A stretch of 63,463 bases of DNA, counting the filler, from Intoshia linei (taxonomy: Eukaryota > Animalia > Orthonectida): the NCBI GenBank assembly GCA_001642005.1. It is 9 parts of 9 records of this genome, joined end to end, with 100 filler letters (N's around TTAATTAATTAA, not from the genome) between each part and the next. Parts side by side here need not be neighbours in the genome. Positions count along the whole stretch, not along the records: positions 1 to 22,204 come from LWCA01000603.1; 8 more parts are not named here. The stretch is one strand, 5' to 3'. Position 1 is the first letter of the stretch, and every line of letters begins with the position of its first letter. Under the pieces are notes generated by a model that worked only from the letters and a program-made list of their open reading frames with translations, was not told the origin of the DNA and did no database searches. The translations under genes and the position numbers were made by a program. Positions 1 through 11,518 of the stretch are shown here, piece by piece.

Positions 1-313
1 TTCAAAAATTTTCTTGTTTTTGAACCACCCTAATATACATGTATCTATAATATAGATTCTATATATGTCGGAGTGTTTTCTTGAATATGTGTGATGGTAA
101 CGACTAAAACTATGTTGATTAAAACTGGTTCTAACACGTTTTTGAATATTTTTAATTGATAAACAGGTATATAAATTGGATCGATATTTACATTTTCAAT
201 TTTTATTTTAATCAAATAATTGAAAAATAATGGTTGATAATAATATATAATGTTTAATTTATAAATATTTTATATTTTTAATTCATAATATATAGTTTTT
301 CTTAATTATGTTA

Positions 314-3088
314 TTAAAGATGTCTCTTTCCATGTTTATTTCCATTTCTACCATTTTTTCTCCCTCTTTTATCTTTATTTTTGTTTTTATTTTTATCATC
401 ATTATCGTCTTTATTATCATTATCATTATCGTTGTTATTATTATCATCATTATCGTCTTTATTATCATTATCATTATCGTTGTTATTATCATCATCATTA
501 TCGTCTTTATTATCATTATCATTATCGTTGTTATTATCATCATCATTATCGTCTGTATTATCATCATCTTGATTTTCATGGTATTTAGGCCCTTGTGAAA
601 CTTTTTTGTGTTGTTTATTGAGTTCTTTCAATACACGACCTTGTTCGAAGACACTAGCTACAAAAATTGGGAATAATTGTTCCAACTCTTTTCCATCTAA
701 TTTAAAAAAATTATTATATAAAGTTATTTAGCAAATTACTTTTATTTTGAGCAAAGCCATTTAATTTATGTAATATATGACCAAAGCACATGACTGATTT
801 TTTGACATCATCAATAAATTGATTGAAATCAGCTATAAGTAAATTTATTATTTTTTTTTAATCTTTAAACCGTATTCATCGTAATTTTTGAAAATTTGAC
901 ACATTAAATCAGCATTTTCGACTAAATAGAATTTAATTAAGTAATTAGAATAAGTGAAATATCATTAGGGTTTGCGGAAAAAAAAAATCTAAAATATTTT
1001 CGTGAAGCATTATTTGGTCACATGTTACCACCGATTACTGGTTCAATAAACTTAGACAACTGATAAGGGTCAATAAATTTCGAATTTTTAAATTTAAAAA
1101 TATTTCTTATTATTATCACGCACCGTCGGTTAAATTATTCTTATGAACTTATTTTTCGAAATTATGATTTTAATCCCTATAGGTCAATTTTTTGTAATGA
1201 TAAAACACTATGAGTAGATTTGAGATTCATTTCATAGAGAAAATGAAATATTGTACCTTTTTCCAAATCTTGCTTTGTTAAAAAGGCATTGATCAATTGT
1301 TTAATAAGATGCTTTGCATCATCTTTCTTGTTTTTCAAATTTGCGAAAAATTCTAAAATTTTTGTAAATATTTATTTTTACTTTTACCAGGAGCATTTTC
1401 CATTGTTAAATGTTTAAGAATATTCGATATGTTATCGTGTTGGTTTACAAGTGCTTTGAATATTTTTTGAACTTGTTCTGGGTTCAAATCTAAATTATAA
1501 GTAATAAGTTATTAGTAATAACAAACATTTTTTTAAATTATGACTTTATTAATATTATTAATTTAAGAAAAAAATATGACATTTATGACTTTTTAAAAAT
1601 CGATATACCCCATTAAATCTGTTTACTAATAAGTTCTTAGTAATAACTAATCAATAAATGATTCTTTATCAATAGTCAAGGAGTTTAATGAAACCAGTAT
1701 ATCTTACGGGATGGCGAGGTACCATGATAAGTACTGATAAAAAACTTTCTATAACATAATTTATTTAAATATTTATTATTATATCTAGGTTTACCTTTAT
1801 ATGACCCTTCTTATATACTAATACCACTAATACTAAAAATTTAATTGTTAAAATGTTAATTACTTAAAGTATAATAGCTAAATATGTAAACTGTTTGTTT
1901 GTAATAATTTATTTAAAAAATATTTAAAAAGAGACCTATAATTTTGAAAACACAAATTCTGAGAGAATATTTAAAATTATTATAAATTTCAACTTCAGAA
2001 GCTAACATCTTCACGGTTATAAACAATTTTTACTATTTATCATTTAAAACTAAAACTTTTTAAACCCAAACCGAGCAATGCTCATAAATTTAATTTAAAT
2101 GTAATAAATTTTAGTTTATTTGGTGTTAAATGTTAAGCCAAAACTACTTAATTATGATGACGAATAAAAATTTTTGGCTTAAAATTTATTCCAAATAAAC
2201 TAAGTGATAGTACGTATTTTTCTGGGTAAATAAGGGTTAAAACAAATTTTTATTAATAGTCTATAATTTACAATGTAATACAATGTAATTTACATGCATA
2301 GAGTGTATTACAGACTAACTAACTTAGTAAGAATACATAGTAACCGATAATACAGTGTTAGATACGAAATTGAAGCTTTGTTAAAAAGAATTTGCTAAAT
2401 TACATGGTAACGTTTGTACAATATAACTTGTTTTAATGTAGCATTGATTTTAACATTATCTTATAGTGATTGTAATGTAAATAGGACATGTTATAATGTA
2501 AATTGAATCCTGTCTACAGAATAATCAATAAATATGTAATAAAATTATTTTTGGCAACATTTTTAACAATAAAAATTTAATAACCTCTCTACAATGAAAC
2601 TTGTTATAGCAACTCAATTTTAAGTTACACTGTACATAGGTTATGCTGTTACATTTCAACAAGGTTACTCAATATTTATGAATTATTTTAAAATTCATTT
2701 AAATTTGGAACATTTGTATTTTCGGCTAGATGAAATTATAAAATATTCTTTATTTAATTTAATCAAATTTTTAGATTAATAATGGTAATATCCATATTTA
2801 TTAGTAATATTATGTATTATCTGTAATATGTATAAATATATAATTATAATTAATTTGTATACCATGTTTGCTTTCATTATTATCATCCTCGGCAAATTTC
2901 TCCAAATCTTTATCTGATAAAGGTTCCTCCAAATCCTCAACGTTTTCTTCAATTGTTAATTCATCCTCTAATGTAATATTGCTTTTATCTCCGAGATCGC
3001 GTGATTTGTGTCCATGTCTAAACTTTTTTGCTGATGCAAGAAATGCCAAACAAACAACTAAAAAGATGGTGAAAAATTTAATATTCAT
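314..3088 (-). CDS. Orphan secreted protein A (multi-exon; signal peptide, acidic N-region, helical 2-Cys core, Asp/Asn-repeat C-terminus)
   Basis: Hand-spliced GT-AG exons 2863-3088 (MNIKFFTIFLVVCLAFLASA signal peptide), 1388-1489, 1257-1352, 871-921, 740-832, 314-696, all phase 1 and giving an open frame. Extra small exons between 1490 and 2862 are possible and were not resolved. Confidence 0.7.
395..570 (-). repeat. Coding tandem repeat, 48-nt unit (DDNDDDNNNDNDNDNK) x about 3.5
   Basis: Repeated atcattatcgtctttattatcattatcattatcgttgttattatc units inside the last exon of protein A; explains the overlapping low-complexity ORFs. Confidence 0.9.
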
Positions 3089-3789
3089 TTTTCGTTAAAA
3101 TTGTGAACTATAGTATGAAAATTCTATATTGTAAAAAATTAAATTAGTCTAGATTAAGTAACAAAACCATTTGACATATGTTATATTATTATCTATTAAA
3201 TATGAAACAATGAATGACCACTTAAATTATCATTCATATCTAATTTAGATCAAAATTTATTCACTAAAAATTAGTCTACCTGCAATTTTTATTTGTTTTA
3301 GATTTTGTCTTTACATATTTTAATTAATATTACTAGATTAATATAGATCTTTCATTAAGTCTCGTTCTATTTGGCACATGGTGAAGAATTTCTGTACTAA
3401 TTATTTTTCATGAATATTTCAATTAATCACAAAGTGTGAAGGTTAAACTGGTCAGAAATTTAAAAAGTTGGACAAACACACAATGCAATTTTTTGAGAAT
3501 TTTCAGTCATTTTTTAATATTTTTCTACGGCGTAAGCTATTAATATGTCAAATTCAGCAATTGAAAGATGCATTTTTGAATTCTTAGAAAATGTGTATCA
3601 TAGTCAATCCATTTCTAAAAATATCGAATTCTTAGCTTGGCATTAAAATTTAATTTCAAAAATTCAAAAATATATTAAATAAATATACACTCTATGCCAA
3701 ATTATTAACACTTTTTACTAGGAAGATGTAAATTTCAGAGTTTTTAATTGATGATAAAGAACATACAATGTAAATTGTATTTTTAAATG

Positions 3790-4424
3790 ACTAACAATCG
3801 AAATATTTATAAAATTTTTAAATCTCAAATTTTCATTTTTAAAACATTTCCTTTAAAATTTAAATTAAAACTACAATATAGAATTACTAAAAATAATACA
3901 ACTTTGTTATTATCATTTTTACATTTGTTACAATGTTTGCAATATTGGTAAAATTCGCCTGAAATATGTTTATAAAGTGCTTATTCCGTTAATTATTAAT
4001 ACATTGGTACTGAATATATATTATCACATTGAAAATAACAAAATAGGTTATAATTTTATTTTTTCTGAAATTTATACTATTTATGACAATTTTTAGGATT
4101 TAACTGTTTTTACTATATTTTTAATATTATACACACATTCTGTCTAATAAATTAAAAAAATGGAATAACAATTGTTTTTAAAATTCCTTATGCAAATGTT
4201 AACAAAAAAAATTAAGATGGAATAATTCACAAAAAAGTAAAAAGTAATGTGATATGACGGTTCCACCTGAAACAAGTTTGGGAACCACTCATTTAAAGAT
4301 TGATAATCGTTAATAGTAGGATTAATATTTAGATTTTCAACGTGAATTTATTTTAATGTTAGAATAAAAATGTGCCTTGCAGAGCTAAATAACGTTTGTA
4401 CGTGATACATAACAGTCAACCTAG
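3790..4424 (+). mobile_element. Non-autonomous Helitron family copy (3' part)
   Basis: Shares the family body with 23090-23430, 27640-28341 and 55390-55740; ends with gccttgcagagcta..., the hairpin tttgtacgtgatacataacag, and CTAG followed by T. Confidence 0.7.
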
Positions 4425-4537
4425 TGCATTTATAAAAGATTTTAAGGCAAAAATATTTTTTTGTTATCATAGATTTATTATTATTACATTATATAAGATT
4501 ATATATATTAATTAAAATATTAATTAAGACATTCATT

Positions 4538-6109
4538 CTATAATTTTAAAGATTGAGATACTTTGTTCATTTTATCTTTTTTTTTATTTTGCCTCTTAAT
4601 TTCTCTCGCCTTTTTTCTAAGGTCCTTTTTAATGGAACGTTTGATTTGATTTATTTGTTGTGCAGAATCCATCAAATTTGCCGTATAGTCGACAAACTCA
4701 TTTCTGAAAACTGAAATATCTAAATAGTATAAAATTATTGACCCGATACACAGTTTCTACATAAATAATAAATATTGATGTTTCATTTATAAAATATGCA
4801 TTTAATAAATGTAAACTATTATAGCTTTGTATTTTTGGAATATAATTTGGATTATTTTTATAAAAAATTCATAAATACCATTTTCTGAATCCGAAAGTTT
4901 CAATAAAAAGGTAGCTCTCTCTGATAAACATAAGACTTGTTGATTCATAGCATCAAAGAAATCTTCGATCCCGTCTAAAACCGTTATACGTTTAAATGTT
5001 AAAATTTACTGTAATCCTCAAACTTATTGATCCAATTGCATGTGAAATGTTCAACTGGCACTAAATGACAATAAATACCTCTACATTTAAAAATAAAAAC
5101 CAGCATTGTCCATATCTTGGTCTTTATTCAATACAATTTTTGCAATTTCTTTGATAATAAACTTGATAAATTTGGAAAATACTTTTACTATTTTAAATGA
5201 CTCTAAAATGAATTATTTGATGAGCAAAATACATTATTATATAATACTTATAGCATCTGCTGGCATCTTGTGTTCAAATTTTGGAGCTATATTGTAAATA
5301 CTTTTAAGGATTTTTAATAAAGCTTGAATTGACTCTCTTGAAGGTTCTAAATGTTTAGTTAGATGTTCTAGTCAATAGTGTCATATTATAATAATTAAAT
5401 TTTGCCGGCATTCAAAAATTCAGTGGTAAGGTAGTCAGAATAAAATGCGCGTTCCCCTTTCAAAAAAATTTTTTCCAGAAAAACTATTTTGAATCTTAAG
5501 AAATACGCTTGATATAACTAATATATTTTTACCAATTTTAGAAGTATCTTTCTTTATTGGGTCAATTATTTCTTCTGTTGCTTGATCAATGGTATTGAGT
5601 ACCTCTTTTTCTAATTCTGTGACGCTTTCCAATGTTTTGATGTTGTCATTGATAGTATCTACTACTTGATTGATTTCATCTTTCAGAACATCTTCTACTT
5701 TATCGTTAAAAACATCTAAAGTTTTATTGTTGTGATTAAAAGCATCCAATGTTTCATCAGTTAAATCATCAAAGATCCCGGATTGCTTATCAGTTAAATC
5801 CTCAACTGTCTCCAATGGTTTATCAATTAAATCACCCAAAATCTTCGATTGTTTATGAGTTAAATCGTTAACTGTTTCCAATGGTATATCAGTAAAACCA
5901 TCAACTGCAATTAATGACTTATCCTTCAAATCATTCAAAATATCTACTGTATTCAGCGAGTCCAAAGGGTCTGCTGTGTTATCTGCATCATTTAACAGAT
6001 TTTTAAGTGAAGTAGAAGCATCCGATACTTTATTCAAAAAATTACGTTTATGTAAAGAACTTGATGCTATAATTAAACACACTGTAAATAAAATTGTAAC
6101 AGAATTCAT
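4538..6109 (-). CDS. Orphan secreted protein B, paralog of A (signal peptide, acidic 22-aa repeats, 2-Cys helical core, basic tail)
   Basis: Exons 5533-6109, 5406-5483 (GC donor), 5248-5346, 5101-5202, 5010-5060, 4879-4974, 4538-4719; all phase 1; open frame to TAG at 4538-4540 (...KKKDKMNKVSQSLKL*). Confidence 0.75.
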
Positions 6110-6572
6110 TTTTATATCTGTAAATATTAAATTTTTAAATTTCTAAAAATGACACATATATATTTTCATGGACATTCAATTCGATTTACAGTTGACAAAG
6201 GACAATATAGACGAGTAACTACATTGTGAACATGCACCAATTTTTTTAATTAACTGACCTGTTCCAACTGGTCAGATATGTATGCTATTTACCATGTTGT
6301 ATGGTTTATAATTTTAGTTATATATTCGTTTTTAGTTTTTGTATAGATAATGTCGAAATGATTTATCTGATTGAACTAAATTATGTTAAACTTAATTAAA
6401 AGTTTACAATTGTATTGTTGTATTATAATAAATTGTACGTTGAAATTATTAAAATAATTATAAATTAAATTAATTCTTGATTATAATTAAAAACGTCCCT
6501 ATTAATAAACTTTGTCCAGTTACAAAAGATTAGGGTGACTGTAACCCCAATCATACATAATTTTATAAAGTA

Positions 6573-7290
6573 CTAGGTTTACTGTTATGTACTCCGTACA
6601 AACAGCACCTAGCTCTGCCGAGATCACATTTTTATTATACTAAAAAAATAAATTCATGTTAAAAATCTAACTTAAAAATCCTACTATTCACTATTATCAA
6701 TCCTTTAAAAGAGTGAAAAATAAATTCACGTTGAAAATCTAATTTAAAAATCCTACTATTCACTATTATCAATCCTTTAAAGGAGTGGTTCCCAAATTTG
6801 TTTCAGGTGGAACCATCATATCACATTACTTTTTACTTTAAAGTGAATTATTCCACTTAATTTTGTTTGTTAGATTTATGTAAAGAATTTTAAAAACAAT
6901 TGTTATCCCATTTTTTAATTTATTAAACATAATGTATATTAAAAATAAAGTAAAAACAGTTATATCCTAAATATTGTCATAAATAGCATAAATTCCAGAA
7001 ATAATAAAATTATAAGAATTTATTTTATCATTTTGAATGTGATTAATATTAATATATTAATTAGACAGAATATGTGTATAATATTAAAAATAAAGTAAAA
7101 ACAGTCCAATTCTAAAAATTGATAATCACCATAAATTCCAGAAAAATGAAATAATAAAAACCTATTTTGTCATTTTCAATGTGATGATATATATTTAGTA
7201 CCAATTTAATAAATACTTAAAAATACCAATGATGTATCAATAATTAACGGAATCTTCACTTTATAAACATATTTCAGGCGAATTTTATTG
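6573..7290 (-). mobile_element. Non-autonomous Helitron family copy (inverted)
   Basis: actaggtttactgttatgtactccgtacaaacagcacctagctctgccgag is the reverse complement of the family 3' end; body matches 3940-4424; internal tandem duplication 6645-6780. Confidence 0.7.
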
Positions 7291-7599
7291 CATTGCATGA
7301 AACATGAAACATGAAAAAATGAAAATATTGGACATTGAAGGACATGAATAGACAAAAAGATTCCAACCACATAAATGGGTGAGAGCGAGATAGGAAAGGT
7401 AGTAGGAGTGTAGAGAGAGATACGAAATGAGTGTTAAATACTTTTTAATATCCATTTAAACTGAACTTTAAAAATTGTCTCCGTTTTGAAATGCGTTATT
7501 TTAATTAATATTACGAAATTAATATTTTTAATATTATTATTTATAATGTAATATTTATATATTCATCGAAAAAAGATACTGAATAAACAGGTTTATTTA

Positions 7600-8007
7600 T
7601 TTTATTTTTTATGAAATTTAAGCTATTTTGACAATTTTTAGGATTTTCTAATTTGGCATTGTATTTTTAGGATTATACACTCATTATCTCTAATAAATTG
7701 AATAAATGGGATCACAAAATTTTTTTTAAAATTCTATACAAAAATGCTAACCAATAGAATAGAATAACCAACACATATATTAAAAGGTAATGTGACATTC
7801 AAGTTTAAGAATGAGTTCTTTAAATTATTGTTAATAATGAATAGAATTTTAATTAAGATTTTATTATTTAATTTATTTTTTGTTGGAATTAGATAAGTCC
7901 GCCCTCATCAGAGCTAGGTACTAAAAAAATAAAAAAAAAAATAATAAATAAATAAATAATAATTATAATAAGTACTGTTTGTATGTAGTTCAAAACAGCC
8001 AAGCTAG
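7600..8007 (+). mobile_element. Degenerate Helitron family copy (3' part)
   Basis: cgccctcatcagagctaggtact, then an A-rich insertion, then gtactgtttgtatgtagttcaaaacagccaagCTAGt. Confidence 0.6.
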
Positions 8008-9558
8008 TATAATGTTATTAACTTAACCTGTCTAGAAATATAGTACACCTTGTTCCTTTGATAATAATTAAGTGCAAAGTTGAGATATTAAGATAAGGAT
8101 TGATACGCATGCTGACCTACATTTATAGTAATTATTCACATTCATATTGGATCAATTTAGTTGGTTAAAACATTCATTAAAGTAATAAATTAACAAAAAA
8201 GTAAGCTCAGTAAGCATGCCTACTGACATTTGTTTCACTATTTACACATATAACTTTATTTTTTGGAATATTTGATTTAAAACCCTTTTTATAGTCTTTT
8301 TGTACTTATGCACTGTGCCCATTAGGGTGTCATATTTTTTTTTAAATTTTTAAAATTTAATGGGCAATTAGTAATCAATGTGTGTATTTTTAAAATAGAA
8401 TCACTATGTCGCAATTAAAAATATCTAATGATATTTATCCGAGTTGCGATCATCATTTTAAATATTATTTTGAAAGTCGTATAAAAAATTTTAAATTATG
8501 GATTTTATAGAATTCATATTATGCATTGAATAAAATTTAAACAATGTTAATTGGCTATTTAGCTAAAATTCGAGAAATTAAATTGTTAATAAAATCCAAA
8601 AAAATTGAGCTAGAAACAAATTTAAAAAAATAAACTGTATAACTTAAGATGAAGAAAAATATTATAAAGTGAATACCACGTTTAAAATCTCAAACGCCAA
8701 TTTCCGTTAAAATAAAGTTAAGTTATTTCTCCATAATATTTATAGTGATATTTAAAATAACAAACGCAACTCGAATAGATAGCGTTAAATGTTTTTAATT
8801 TCGAATTAGTTTTCTATTTTAAAAATACACATTTGTAGTGCTAATTTCCATTGATTCTTTGATAAGTGTGTAATGTTTTGATAGAAAGTATTAAAATAAT
8901 GTAAATTCTGTATTAAAGTAAAATAAATAATGCTATACAGCGATAATGTAATATACAGTTCTGGTTATAAGAACTTTACAATAATATATTACTGTAATAA
9001 CATAACAGGGTGTGACACCCTAGTGACATATTTTATTGTATGTTTTATTTTTTTCAATTCCATGCTAACTATTTTATTATAGTTTTTTATAAGTAATTGA
9101 AAACTATATATAAGCTATATTTACTATATTATAGCTGTTAATAAACCCTAATAAAAACTGTCAAAAGTATGTATATTTAACTAAATATGGTATCATTATG
9201 AAAAAGAAAGAAACCATACAGACAATTCATAAAACTCTATAATAAAGTTCATTTTAATTATTTATACAATAATTTTGTAGTAATATTTATATCGTACATA
9301 TAAAGACATTAAGGACTAAGCACTCTCGTTTCTCAGATACGTGTGACATCCTAATTTACACATCTAAAACACACATTTTAAAATGATCGCTTTTAAATAA
9401 ATACTATCTCATGCAACTCTGGTGATAATTAATAATGTTGAAATCTTGGATAAAAATTTGACTTATAATATCTGCCATTGACTATTCTCAATTTCATGAT
9501 TCAATAAAATAGATTAAAATGTTTTATATTATAAATTTAACACATTCATGGTTTTCAA

Positions 9559-9631
9559 GGTCCCGTGGCCCAATGGATAAGGCGTCTGACTACGAATCAG
9601 GAGATTGTGGGTTCGAGTCCCATCGGGATCA
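9559..9631 (+). tRNA. tRNA-Arg (anticodon ACG)
   Basis: Acceptor GGTCCCG/CGGGATC, anticodon arm TCTGA-CT ACG AA-TCAGG, T-loop GTTCGAGT, followed by a T7 Pol III terminator. Confidence 0.96.
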
Positions 9632-9901
9632 TTTTTTTATAGAGTAGTATTTTCATCAATTTATTAAATTTGATGCAAATTCAACCAAGTAAATTTGACA
9701 TTCACCCTTCGAGTTCATGCATTCTGCCAAACTCGTAATTTATTGTGAAAATTATGTACTAGACATGTATATAGCTATTATTTTTATTTTCGTGTTACAT
9801 TTATTGTACTATAAAACATTATTTTGCAATTTGTAATGCAAATTTTGTATTGACATTGTTACACATTACATATAAAATTGTTAAAATATTAAATTTTGTA
9901 T

Positions 9902-9974
9902 GGTTCTGTGGTATAGTGGCTAATACGTCTGCCTCACACGCAGAAGGTCGCGGGTTCAATCCCCGCTAGAACCT
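9902..9974 (+). tRNA. tRNA-Val (anticodon CAC)
   Basis: Acceptor GGTTCTG/TAGAACC, anticodon arm TCTGC-CT CAC AC-GCAGA, T-arm GCGGG-TTCAATC-CCCGC, oligo-T terminator. Confidence 0.93.
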
Positions 9975-11518
9975 TTTTTTTGTGGAATTTTTTTTCAAAT
10001 TTAATTGTTGGCTAATTAATTATGAACCGATACCAACACTTTTAATACTTAAATTACGACACATTACATACATTAATAAAATTGAGTTTCAGCCTTCAAA
10101 GGGCTTAACATATATGAGTTTTAAATTTAATATTAATTCTTTTAAATTAAACATCAACTCTTTCATTTTTGATTTCATTTAATCGATTTTATTTATTTTA
10201 ATTTAAACTTCAACTATTTTAATTTATACTTCAACTATTTTAATTTAAACATTAAAAGGTGTATTTCTAATTAATTTTAACAATCAATAATAAACGTACC
10301 AGAATTAACCAATTTTTTTGACTTTAATTAAAGCTTCCAGAAATACGTTTTTTTGTAAAAGTACGTTTTAGGCAGCACTGATAAAACGTACTAAAAATTT
10401 AAGTTTATTATAATAAACTTTAATAATTTTTAAAATGTAATACGCTATGGTATACGATTAATTCAAATAATGTGAAATCATTTACAATTCAAATAATAAA
10501 ATATTTAAATTAAATTTTAATTTACAATTGTATTTTATATAGATTAAAACAAAAAACATGTAAAATTCCAATTCAACATTATAATTTTGTAACTAAGTAA
10601 TATGAGTACGTTTTTAGTATGTTTATAATCTGGCAGCTTTACTTTAATGGTAACCACGATTGGATTTACTTGAAAGTGAATCAATACTATAAAAACAAAC
10701 ACATAGAGTATTGACAACATGATAAAAATTTTATAAAAAATCGTTTTGAAAATTGAGTAAATTAACACAATTACACAATTTCATTGAAATGGATATCGTT
10801 TAAAATTCAACAAATCTCACGGATAGATAAAATATTTAAGGTTTAATGACATTATCACCTTGTGATTTAAATGATGATAAATTAAAATTAATGTATCCTT
10901 GTATAAATTTCACATGCATAATAAAACTAGTTTATTTACTTGTTAAAGTTATCAGTTTTGCATTTTGAAAATGTAAAGTATCCAAATTTCGAGTACATAA
11001 AAATATCATTGGAAATACAAGGCTAATTATAGAGAATAGATACATCTATAAAAGGTTATCTTATTGATTAAAACTATGAATCCATTTTGGTTAGTAAGTG
11101 CGTAATTTAAAATGTTCTAAATACGGCATTTTATTTAATCTAGATACAAATTTTTTACATTTTACAACATTTTTAACCAAGATACTATTGATATCCAATA
11201 TTTTATACAAAAGTTTTATATAAAGTAAAATTATAGTAATTCTTTGGTATTTTTATTTACACGAAAATTAATATTTAAATTTAAATTTTTATTTGTATTA
11301 TACTTTTACGCAGTATAGTTTTACACAACTAGCGTAAACATTAAAAAGTCAATATTGACACATTCTAAAGTCAGATTGAAATTTCTTTTTACATTGTCAA
11401 ACTTTTTCAGCTTATTTTTAATTTTTAATAACTGGTATTGATATTGTATCATTATTTTAGTTGTAATGCCATTCATCAAAATGGCCTATTATTTAACACT
11501 TTATTAATTTAGATAACC

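Noticed and set aside
283-598. Overlapping Ile/Met-rich, Ile-rich and Ser/Leu-rich ORFs
   Set aside because: Alternative-frame shadows of the D/N coding repeat.
1608-1826. Possible additional micro-exons of secreted gene A
   Set aside because: Splice-like signals exist but I could not find a combination that preserves the frame; left unannotated.
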